Source: Macrostomum hystrix (Eukaryota; Animalia; Platyhelminthes). From it: 64,000 nt of DNA. The notes under the pieces are model-generated. The model searched no databases. It was not told where the DNA came from and saw only the letters and a list, made by a program, of their open reading frames with translations. Positions 9,851 through 21,800 of the stretch are shown here, one piece after another. The stretch lies in assembly GCA_950097015.1 (NCBI GenBank), contig CATNEN010000032.1, forward strand, positions 372,001 through 436,000, in the 5' to 3' direction. The first letter of the stretch is position 1, and each line of letters opens with the position of its first letter. The position numbers were made by a program, and so were the translations under genes.

Positions 9851-12800
9851 TCACTTATCCCTGGTGTGCCTAGTGACAGTGGACACACCGTCAACCAGCT
9901 TGGTCTTGAACAGCACGTTGGCATTGTTGAACATACCATCCTTCAGCGAAACCACAATGAATTGCGATTGGCCGAAATTCTCTTTGATCAGTTGGCCAAT
10001 GTTCTGCGTGTGGCTCAGATCTAGGGCCGCGTCCACTTCATCCAGGATGTAGATTGGGGCCGGCTTAAATAGCAGCAGGGCCAGGATTAGCGACAGGGCC
10101 ACCAGGGACCGCTGACCGCCGCTCAGTTCGCTTAGCGACTCCTTCCACTGCTGACCGAAGCCGATGCGGAACTCGATGCCCTCCAGCACCGAGCGGCCGG
10201 CCGATGGCACCAGCTTGGCGTTGGCACCTGGCAGCATCGTTGAGAACAGCTTGCCGAAATCAGCGTTCACCTGGGCGGAATGGGAGGCGACTGATGTTGG
10301 TGAATACAGGAGCTGGTGTTGGTGAATGCAGGAGCTGGTGTTGGTGGATACCAAAGACTGATGTTGGTGAATAAAAGAGACTGATGTTGGTGAATACCAA
10401 AGACTGATGTTGGTGAATACTAAAGACTGATGTTGGTGAATACCAAAGACTGATGCCGGTGAATACCAGAGACTGGTGTTGGTGAATACCAGAGTCTGAT
10501 GTTGGTGAATACCAGAGACTGATGTTGGTGAATACTAAAGACTGATGCCGGTGAATACCAGAGACTGGTGTTGGTGAATACCAGAGTCTGATGTTGGTGA
10601 ATACCAGAGACTGATGTTGGTGAATACTAAAGACTGATGTTGGTGAATACCAAAGACTGATGTTGGTGAATACTAAAGACTGATGTTGGTGAATACCAAA
10701 TACTGATGCCGGTGAATACCAGAGACTGGTGTTGGTGAATACCAGAGTCTGATGTTGGTGAATACAGGAGCTGATGTTGGTGAATACCAGAGACATATAT
10801 TGGTGAATATAAGAGACTGATGTTGGTGAATACCAAAGACTGATGTTGGTGAATTCCAAAGACTAATGTTGGTGAATACCAGAGATAGATATTGGTGAAT
10901 ACAAGAGCTGATGTTGGTAAATACCAGAGACTGATATTGGTGAATACCAGAGACTGGTGTTAGTGAATACAGGAGCTGATTTTGGTGAATACCCGAGATT
11001 GATATTGGTGAATACAGGAGCTGATGTTGGTGAATACCAGAGACATATATTGGTGAATATAAGAGACTGATGTTGGTGAATACCAAAGAGTCTGATGTTG
11101 GTGAATACCAAAGAGACTGATGTTGGTGTATACTAGACACTGATGGTGGTGAATACAGGAGCTGGTGTTGGTGAATACAGGAGCTGGTGTTGGTGAATAC
11201 AGGAGCTGGTGTTGGTGAATACAGGAGCTGGTGTTGGTGAATACAGGAGCTGGTGTTGGTGAATACAGGAGCTGGTGTTGGTGAATACAGGAGCTGGTGT
11301 TGGTGAATACAGGAGCTGGTGTTGGTGAATACCCGAGACTTATGTAGACTTTGGATTTCTGGATTTGGAGATAACATTCACAGAAACCCAAACGATGGTC
11401 TAAAGAATCCAAAGAATTAATATACAGGTTGATTACAAGCACTTCGATTGCTGGAGAAGCAAAATGCAACAATGAAATCACCTTCTTATAGGCGGCCATG
11501 AGGGCCTCGTTTTTCTTCTTGTCCAGCTCGTCGATAATACCCTGAATCTTGGCTTTGTCGGCTAGCACAATGTCCCGTCGTCGGACCAGATCGGCGTATT
11601 GCTCCTCAGCCGTGGCCAACATTTTCATGGCCCGCATATTAACGGACTTGGCCAGGCGCTCCTTGCGCTCCTCCAGCTTGGCCAGTCTGGCCCGCTGCTC
11701 TTTGGGATTATTGCCCTGGATTAGCGAGTGGGGATTTTGCCATCAGTATTTAATAAAAAATTTTTATAATAATTGATTACACCTGTCCGATTGGGCCAGA
11801 TGTGCCGCCGACAGCACAGCCGCAGCTATTGCGCGGCGCATCTGAAGGCTGCGTACAGCTGATCAGTCCATGGACTGGGGGGACGCCACACCCACCTTCA
11901 ATTATCCCAGCTAATGCTGGTACCCATTTAACAGCTGGGTGAACTGAAGCAATGCAGAGTTAAGTGTCTTGCTAAAGGACACAAATTGTTCCAGTGGAGT
12001 CAGGAATCGAACCCCCGACCTTTAAGCCGTGAGTCCGACGCCCTAACCACAAAGCTACATCCTCAATGATTGCCATCAGAGATGTTTGCATAACAAAATG
12101 TACATGCTAAACAACCCTTTTTAAACTTTTAGGCTTTCAGTCTCACCTGAAAATCAAAGTGACCGCCGGGCTGGTTAAACTGCCGCTTCTGTTCCAAAAT
12201 CCACGGATGAGCGGAGAGCAGCTCTTCAACTTTGTGCTGCGCGTCGGCCGCCTCCCTGGCTTGGTCTGCCAGCTGGTGCTGAAGATTCGCCAGCTTCAGC
12301 TCCCTCTGGCTGACCTCCGACTGTAGGGCTTTGGCCCGCTCCTCCAGGTCGCGAATGGCCTGATTGCGGGCCTTGATCTCGGCGCGCTTCTCTTCCAGTT
12401 GCCGCTTCGCTTCATCCAGGGCTTGCTTGAGAGCGTCTGCCGCGGCCTGTGGAACAAAGTTGAGATCCCTATACTTCAGAGTGCTAATCCCTACACTTCA
12501 GAGTGGATATCCCTACACTTAAGAGTGGAGATCCCTACATTTAAGGAGTGGAGATCCCTACATTTTAGAGCGGAGATCCCTACACTTTAGAGTGCTGATC
12601 CCTACACTTTAGAGTGCTGATCCCTACACTTTAGAGTGCTGATCCCTACACTTAAGTGGAGATACCTACATTTAAGGAGTGGAGATCCCTACATTTTAGA
12701 GCGGAGATCCCTACACTGTGGAGTGCTGATCCCTACACTTTAGAGTGCTGATCCCTACACTTTAGAGTGCTGATCCCTACACTTAAGTGGAGATACCTAC

Positions 12801-15800
12801 ATTTAAGGAGTGGAGATCCCTACATTTTAGAGCGGAGATCCCTACACTTTAGAGTGCTGATCCCTACACTTAAGAGTGCAGATCCCTACACTTTAGAGTG
12901 CTGATCCCTACACTTGAGTGGAGATCCCTACATTTAAGGAGTGGAGATCCCTACATTTTAGAGTGCTGATCCCTACACTTGAGTGGAGATCCCTACATTT
13001 AAGGAGTGGAGATCCCTACATTTTAGAGCGGAGATCCCTACACTTTAGAGTGCTGATCCCTACACTTAAGAGTGCAGATCCCTACATTTTAGAGTGCTGA
13101 TCCCTACACTGTGGAGTGCTGATCCCTACACTTAAGAGTGGAGATTCCTACATTTTAGAGCGGAGATCCCTACATTTTAGAGCGGAGATCCCTACACTTT
13201 AGAGTGCTGATCCCTACACTTAAGAGTGCAGATCCCTACACTTTAGAGTGCTGATCCCTACACTTAAGAGTGGAGATTCCTACATTTTAGAGCGGAGATC
13301 CCTACACTTTAGAGTGCTGATCCCTACACTTTAGAGTGCTGATCCCTACACTTAAGTGGAGATACCTACATTTAAGGAGTGGAGATCCCTACATTTTAGA
13401 GCGGAGATCCCTACACTTTAGAGTGCTGATCCCTACACTTTAGAGTGCTGATCCCTACACTTTAGAGTGCTGATCCCTACACTTAAGTGGAGATACCTAC
13501 ATTTAAGGAGTGGAGATCCCTACATTTTAGAGCGGAGATCCCTACACTTTAGAGTGCTGATCCCTACACTTTAGAGTGCTGATCCCTACATTTTAGAGTG
13601 CTGATCCCTACACTTTAGAGTGCAGATCCCTACATTTAAGGAGTGGAGATCCCCACATTTTAGAGTGGAGATCCCTACATTATATAGCGGAGATCCCCAC
13701 ACTTTAGAGTGAATCTCCCTACATTTTAGAGTGAATCTCCCCACATTTTAGAGTGGACATCCTGACAGTTAAGATTGGAGATCCCTACATTTTAGAGTGG
13801 AGATCCTGACAGTTACGAGTGGAGATCCCTACAGTTTAGAGTGGACATCCTGACAGTTAAGTGTGGAGGTCCCTACATTTTAAAATTTAGATACCGCATT
13901 TCTGATTAACAATCCTACAGTCAGGAATACAATTCATCCAGTTTAGATTTACGAGCTAGATTCCACATTTTGGGGATATTGTTCTGAAGGTTCTGACTCA
14001 CCTTCTTTTCCTGAACCTCGCCATTGCGAGCATCCACAGTCTCCTTGGCTGCAGTGATCTGCTCCTCCAGGCTGGTGGCCTCCTTGCGCAGCTCTTCAAT
14101 CTCCAGCTGCAGGGTGTCATGCTGCGGCTGCCAGTTCTCGACGTCGGTGCGGCGGGATTCCCGCTCCCGTTGGGCGTCAGCGAGGCGCGCCTGGTTTCAA
14201 GGAAATACAGGATTGCGAGTGCCACTGAATGGATATTAGAGTTTAAGGCTTAATTCTACTCGGTTCGTTTAACTGGTACATCTGGACTATTTGAAGGATT
14301 ATAACAGTTTCAGCTTTACTAAAATCGCTACAATTCACACTTACTTTCCTGCAGCTTACTAAGTAATTAAACGAATTTTGCTAATTAAATAGCCGTTAAA
14401 AATATAATATAATTGAACTTTTTTTGCCTCATGGCCACTATCAGAATGGGAAAAATGTATGTTTCAAATGCTAGACAAGATGGTAGATGAGATGGATAGA
14501 GATCTTAGGTTCTCAACATGAGATCTTAGATTCTCAACATGAGATCTTAGATTCTCAACATGAGATCTTAGCTTCTCAACATGAGATCTTAGCTTATCAA
14601 CATGAGTTCTTAGCTTCTCAACATGAGTTCTTAGCTTCTCAACATGAGTTCTTAGCTTCTCAACATGAGTTCTTAGCTTCTCAACATGAGTTCTTAGCTT
14701 CTCAACATGAGATCTTAGATTCTCAACATGAGATCTTAGATTCTCAAAATGAGATCTTAGATTCTCAACATGAGTTCTTAGCTTCTCAACATGAGATCTT
14801 AGATTCTCAAAATGAGATCTTAGATTCTCAACATGAGTTCTTAGCTTCTCAACATGAGATCTTAGCTCCTCAACATGAGTTCTTAGCTTCTCAACATGAG
14901 TTCTTAGCTTCTCAACATGAGATCTTAGCTTCTCAACATGAGATCTTAGCTTCTCAACTTCCGACCTCTCTGTCAGAAGCCCGGTGCCTCACCTGAGCCA
15001 GCTTCATCTCGCGCTCGCGCACAGCGGCGGCATCTTTGGCCTGCTCGGCCAGAAGAGCCTCGCGCTCTCGCAGTCGCTTCAAAGCGGCTGCTGCCTCGGT
15101 GGCCGCGGCTTGCTCGCCGGCCAGCTCAGCCTGCAGCTCCTCCAGGTGCTTGGCCAGCTGCTGGTGATCCGTGTTGCCAATCCGCTGTTCCAGCAGCACC
15201 AGCTCGTGCCGCTTCTGATCAAAATCTTGTCGCACCTGCTGATACCGGCTGGCCGACGATTCGACCTGGCGGGCCAATTCGGCCACTTCGGCGAGCTGGC
15301 GACGAGTTTCGTCGACTCGCTCGCGCAGCTGGCGCAGTCGGACCGCTTTTAGCAGAGTTGGCTCGCGGGAGCCGCGGAAACCGCCGGACAGCGTGCCCTC
15401 GGGACTGTAGACCTCGCCTTCAAGGGTGACGGCGCGACGGCGAATGTCCCGATGGAAGGCGACCTGGGAGGATTTGCATCTAGTATCTTAACCAAGGATA
15501 AAACTACGGCTCGTAAATATATAAGTTCTTATCCCTATAAGTCAGGATGGTGTTCCCCATTTAGGGATCCTGAAGGATGGTGGTCCCGATCAAGGGTTCC
15601 TGAAGGATGGTGGTTCCGATCAAGGGTTCCTGAAGGATGGTGGTCCCGATCAAGGGTTCCTGAAGGATGGTGGTTCCGATTGAGGGTTCCTGAAGGATGG
15701 TGGTCCCGATTGAGGGTTCCTGAAGGATGGTGGTCCCGATCAAGGGTTCCTGAAGGATGGTAGTCCCGATCAAGGGTTTCTGAAGGATGGTAGTCCCGAT

Positions 15801-18800
15801 CAAGGGTTCCTGAAGGATGGTAGTCCCGATCAAGGGTTTCTGAAGGATGGTAGTCCCGATTAAGGGTTCCTGAAGGATGGTAGTCCCGATTAAGGGTTCC
15901 TGAAGGATGGTAGTCCCGATTAAGGGTTCCTGAAGGATGGTGGTCCCGATTAAGGGTTCCTGAAGGATGGTAGTCCCGATTAAGGGTTCCTGAAGGATGG
16001 TGGTCCCGATCAAGGGTTCCTGAAGGATGGTAGTCCCGATCAAGGGTTTCTGAAGGATGGTAGTCCCGATTAAGGGTTCCTGAAGGATGGTGGTTCCGAT
16101 TAAGGGTTCCTGAAGGATGGTGGTTCCGATCAAGGGTTCCTGAAGCATGGTGGCCCCGATTTAGGATGAGAATTTTTAAATCCCAACTCACCTTTCTACC
16201 CGCCTCGTCGTCCTGCACCACGAAGCTGGCGCCGAACACAAACTGCGCGGCGGCCTCCACCGCTTGATCACGCCGCACCAAATCCAATGCCGGATAAGCC
16301 CGGCCCTCGCCGGCCACCTGGGCAGCCAAATCGGCCTGCTGCCTAGGCAGACACCTAGCCGTGATCTTATTCAACGGTATGAATGTGGTCTTCTGCCTCA
16401 GCTGGCCCCTCTGCAGCAGCGCCTTAGCCGTAGCCTCGGTGTCCACCACAACGTTAAACAGCTTCGCTCCGGCAGTGACTTCCAGAGCCAGAGCGTACTT
16501 CTCATCGACGGCCTCCACCAGCTGGCACACCGGGCCAAGCACTCGCCGGCGATCGAATCTCGGCTCCGGGTCCGAGTATTCGAATCCCAAGCGAGGATTG
16601 GTGGCTTGAAACTCGTCCAAGAGTCTGCTGGCCTCGTGCAGCTCGCGTTGCAGAGCTGACTGGCGCTCGTGCAGCTTCTGCTCAGATGACTCGTCGAAAC
16701 CAATTTCTGCCAGCTGCTTCTGCAGGCGGAAAATGTGGGATGTGCGATTGATGGCATGTTGGATTGATGGGATGTTGGATTTGTGGGATGTGGGATTGAT
16801 GGGATGTGGGATTGATGGGATGTTGGATTGATGGGATGTGGGATTGATGAGATGTGGGATTGGTGGGATGTGGGATAGATGGGATGTGGGATTGATGGGA
16901 TGTTGGATTTGTGGGATGTGGGATTGGTGGGATGATGGATTGATGGGATGTGGGATTGGTGAGGTGTGGGATTGGTGAGGTGTGGGATTGGTGGGGTGTG
17001 GGATAGATGGGATGTGGGATTGGTGGGATGTGGGATTGATGGGATGTGGGATTGGTTGGAATACACATAAGATTGGAATACATGAAGGGTGCATAAGAAA
17101 TGGGATGGATGGGATGCAAAATGGCTGGGGTGTAAGATGGGTAGGATGTGGAATTTCTTACAGGGCGATGGTACAGGCATGTGACGGGGAGCCAGGTGAT
17201 AATTAGATGTTTAAATAATACAAAAGGCCGAAATCTGAGCCTAACATGAAGTATAAAAAATGAGGATGCATTTCTTGATGCATTTACCTATAGTTCAATC
17301 ATTCTCGATCAGAGGGCAAAATGAATTGCTTAACTATAAGACTGAAAGGTGTCAAGATTGACGTCAAGATTAGAATCACTCTTTCATAGTCCTCTAAAAG
17401 GCAACTCAGAGCAGATATGGGATAAAAAATATGTAAAGCGAGTAGACAATTAGATTAAAGAGGCTTAAAGATGAAAAGCTGGTGGGATTGCCTTTCAAAG
17501 AAAACAAGGTTGAAAGTCTTATTAAAGTTACAAAGAAAGCATTTTATATTTAATAAAAGCTTTAAAGTTTGGCAGCGCCACTCCTTTCCCAATGTGACCG
17601 CCTTCCCCTGACCAGCAAAGTCCTGTTAAAAAAATGAACTTGAGGGACTTGAGGATTTGAGGGACAGCCTAGGAAATAGCCACAATGAAGACCGAATCGA
17701 CGCAAGATAATAAAACATAATCTGGATTAGAAATAATAGGACAGATGACACTAGCAAGGCCGGGACAGCCAAGGCAGCATTACAAAGGCCACACTCCTGC
17801 CTGGCTCTCTGTCTAATGCATTAAAATGATTGCTTGCGAGAAGCTTCCCACAGCTGTCAGGGAACGCGGTCGGCCTTCTCAGAGCCATTGCACATTATCC
17901 AGTGGCAAGGAATGCAGCACTTGGAATATGACTGTGTGATGCATGACAGAATTTTTTAACTCACTCTACCGTCTAGACTAGCAATCCATTCCATTCCTTC
18001 ACCCATGGGACAGATTAGCAATCCATTCCATTCCTTCACCCATGGGACAGATTAGCAATCCATTCCATTCCTTCACCCATGGGACAGATTAGCAATCCAT
18101 TCCATTCCTTCACCCATGGGACAGATTAGCAATCCATTCTATTCCTTCACCCATGGGATAGATTAGCAATCCATTTCATTCCTTCACCCATGGGATAGAT
18201 TAGCAATCCATTCCATTCCTTCACCCATGGGATAGATTAGCAATCCATTCTATTCCTTCACCCATGGGATAGATTAGCAATCCATTCTATTCCTTCACCC
18301 ATGGGATAGATTAGCAATCCATTCCATTCCTTCACCCATGGGACAGATTAGCAATCCATTTCATTCCTTCACCCATCGGACAGATTAGCAATCCATTCCA
18401 TTCCTTCACCCATGGGATAGATTAGCAATCCATTCCATTCCTTCACCCATGGGATAGATTAGCAATCCATTCTATTCCTTCACCCATGGGACAGATTAGC
18501 AATCCATTCTATTCCTTCACCCATGGGATAGATTAGCAATCCATTCCATTCCTTCACCCATGGGATAGATTAGCAATCCATTCCATTCCTTCACCCATGG
18601 GATAGATTAGCAATCCATTCCATTCCTTCACCCATGGGATAGATTAGCAATCCATTCTATTCCTTCACCCATGGGATAGATTAGCAATCCATTCCATTCC
18701 TTCACCCATGGGATAGATTAGCAATCCATTCTATTCCTTCACCCATGGGACAGATTAGCAATCCATTCTATTCCTTCACCCATGGGACAGATTAGCAATC

Positions 18801-21800
18801 CATTCCATTCCTTCACCCATGGGATAGATTAGCAATCCATTCCATTCCTTCACCCATGGGATAGATTAGCAATCCATTCCATTCCTTCACCCATGGGATA
18901 GATTAGCAATCCATTCTATTCCTTCACCCATGGGATAGATTAGCAATCCATTCTATTCCTTCACCCATGGGATAGATTAGCAATCCATTCTATTCCTTCA
19001 CCCATGGGACAGATAAGCAATCCATTCTATTCCGTCACCCATGGGATAGATTAGCAATCCATTCTATTCCTTCACCCATGGGATAGATTAGCAATCCATT
19101 CCATTCCTTCACCCATGGGATAGATTAGCAATCCATTCCATTCCTTCACCCATGGGATAGATTAGCAATCCATTCTATTCCTTCACCCATGGGATAGATT
19201 AGCAATCCATTCTATTCCTTCAGTCATGGGATAGATTAGCAATCCATTCTGTAATGACTTAAGACTGAAGGCTGGCCAAGAATTGATTCACAAGATCGTA
19301 GCGAGCCAGTTGGAAGTTGCGGCTCCTTATATTATCGTTCTGTTCTATTTGACCCTAGGGCTTAGGGCACGGCTGGGCCCCGCGGGCCAGCCACCTCAAC
19401 TAGCACGCAAGCCACGCGTGACACTGGTAAACAACTCAGCTTGCACTAAGAACCGACAGACAAAAACAATCGATGGTAGCAGAGCCATAATACAAAGTGG
19501 TGCAGAGTGAACGCATTGAATAACATTCAAGAGTCCATTGAATAACATCACACATTCTATTCCTTCACCCATGGGATAGATTAGCAATCCATTTCATATC
19601 TTCACCCATGGGATAGATTAACAATCCATTCCATTCCTTCACCCATGGGATAGATTAGCAATCCATTCCATTCCTTCACCCATGGGATAGATTAGCAATC
19701 CATTCTATTCCTTCACCCATGGAATAGATTAGCAATCCATTCCATTCCTTCACCTATGGGACAGATTAGCAATCCATTCCATTCCTTCACCTATGGGATA
19801 GATTAGCAATCCATTCCATTCCTTCACCCATGGGACAGATTAGCAATCCATTCCATTCCTTCACCTATGGGACAGATTAGCAATCCATTCCATTCCTTCA
19901 CCCATGGGATAGATTAGCAATCCATTTTATTTCTTCACCCATGGGATAGATTAGCAAACCACTTTAAATTCGGCAATGGCTAGACACCGAGCAGTTAAAA
20001 AATTAACAATACTTAGCACAGTCAAAGTGAAAACACGGGTAAAATGTGCGCACAATAAATCAGTGAGATTTCTCACCTCAAGTTGCGCCACGCTGCGCTT
20101 ATAATTATCCAGCTGTTTCTGTTCGGTGCTGGCCGAGCTCTGCATTCGGCCTAGCTGGGCCTTCTTCTCTTTGATCTCCGACTGCAGGTGGCGCGCCTTC
20201 AATTCGCCGCGCTTAATGCGACTGTCCGCCTCGCTGATCTCATTGCGTGTGGCTGAGAATAGACGGGTAATTGAGGGATTTGTTATAACCCTACTTCGAG
20301 GCGCGAATTTAAATGTTTTTAGCGTGAAAAACTCACTGCACAGCTGCATCTCAAGCGAGGCGGCCTCGCCGCCCTGCTCATTGGCAGCCAAGCCGGAGCT
20401 GACCGCCTGCAGCTGCTTCTCGGCTGCGGCCATCTCGGCTTCGGCGGCAGCCATTCGTTGCTCCAACTCCTGGAAGCTGTCGCGCACCCGTTCAAACTCT
20501 TTCTCCTTGCCAGCCAGGGCGCGTCGGCGAGCAGCCAGGGCTTTGTCCAGCTCCTTCAGCCTCTTCTCTTCGGCTTTGACGGCGTCAACTGCGGCAACTA
20601 GGGCCGACTGAGCTAGAGCTTCCTCCTGAAGGGCCGCCTTGTGCAGCTGCTCGCGCTCCTCCAGGCCGCGGCCGCTCTGCTCGTCGCGCTCGCGACACAG
20701 TCGGTCGGCCTCTTCTGACAGGGCGGCCAGCTGCTGCTGGGCCTGCTGCTGCTCCTCCTGCAAAATTGGGCACGTTCTGGGATCTTGATAAGATTCTTAA
20801 AAAAAACTGTTTTTTAATCTCGTTAATTGACTGTTTTTTTAATTAATGGAGTTGATCAATAATGAGATCGAGTAGGGGACCATAGAAGGATACAAAAAGG
20901 TAAAGAAAAGGTACCTAGCTAATCTGGGCCATATCTAAGGTATTTGGCATGGTCGTAGCTATTGTTATCTGTGGCTGTGTACAGCTATTCAGTCCGTGGA
21001 CTGAGGAAGGCTGTCTCTAAGGCGATGTACAGCTATTCAATCCGTGGACTGAGGAAGGCTGTCTCCAAGGCTTTGTACAGCTGTTCAATCCGTGGACTGA
21101 GGATAGGCAGCATAAGACTGTGTACAGTTTAAAAAAACAAAAAAGTAGAAATATTTCACCTGCAACATGGCAGTCTTCTCTTGAGCTTCAACCACTTCAA
21201 TGTCGGCCTTCTCTTTAGTCTGCTCGTAGCAATGGTATCGATAAGCCACAGTGAAGCGCTGCAAGAACTCAACCTCGCGGCACACCTGCTGATATTCCTG
21301 GAATACGTGGCGCTCCTTGCGCAGCTTGGTCAGAGTCGGATGAATCTCAGTTGTTAACAACTAAAACGAAGAAAAAATCGCAGTCTTTTCAGTCTTGTAA
21401 GAATAAAAGCTAGCGACTTTTTATTAAGGTTTTTATACTAACGAAAGCTCAGATTTGTATTTACTTCAAGTAGCATAAAGCGAAAATATTATTTATTTTA
21501 TTAACAGATGCGGCGAGAAAATAAATCTAACATATGGTTACCGTTTCAATCTCGCGCAGTTTGAAGTCCTTCTTTTCAATGGTCTTCTGCGCCTGCTCCT
21601 TTTTAGTCTCGTACAGCTTAGTGCCGGCCGCCTCTTCTAGCAGTGAGAGAATCTGTGCGGCAGGGAGGCCAGATGGAGCGAAGCAAAATTATAGCTTTGG
21701 CATCGACTGTCAACACGTTACCAGCCTCAATTACCCCAGCTAATGCTGATACATATCTACAATTAGGGTACCTAAATCAATGCAGAGTTTAAGAATCTTG

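Noticed and set aside
10260-11377. Long ORFs (199-234 aa) with VFTNISL repeats
   Set aside because: Translations of an intronic minisatellite; SMC2 splices cleanly around it.
14487-14996. 169-aa SQHEILA-repeat ORF
   Set aside because: A 21-bp unit without stops in one frame, antisense within an SMC2 intron; no other coding evidence.
15535-17094. 519-aa ORF as a single gene
   Set aside because: It is SMC2 exon 7 (16192-16719) read through flanking stop-free repeats.
17560-17950. Possible RNase H-like remnant ([15 protein letters not shown]) on the minus strand
   Set aside because: Spacing differs from WxxxHxGxxGNExAD, the frame has stops, and similarity cannot be verified without a search.
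17980-19951. CRISPR-like array (37-bp period)
   Set aside because: Units are contiguous with no unique spacers, there are no cas genes, and the context is a eukaryotic intron.
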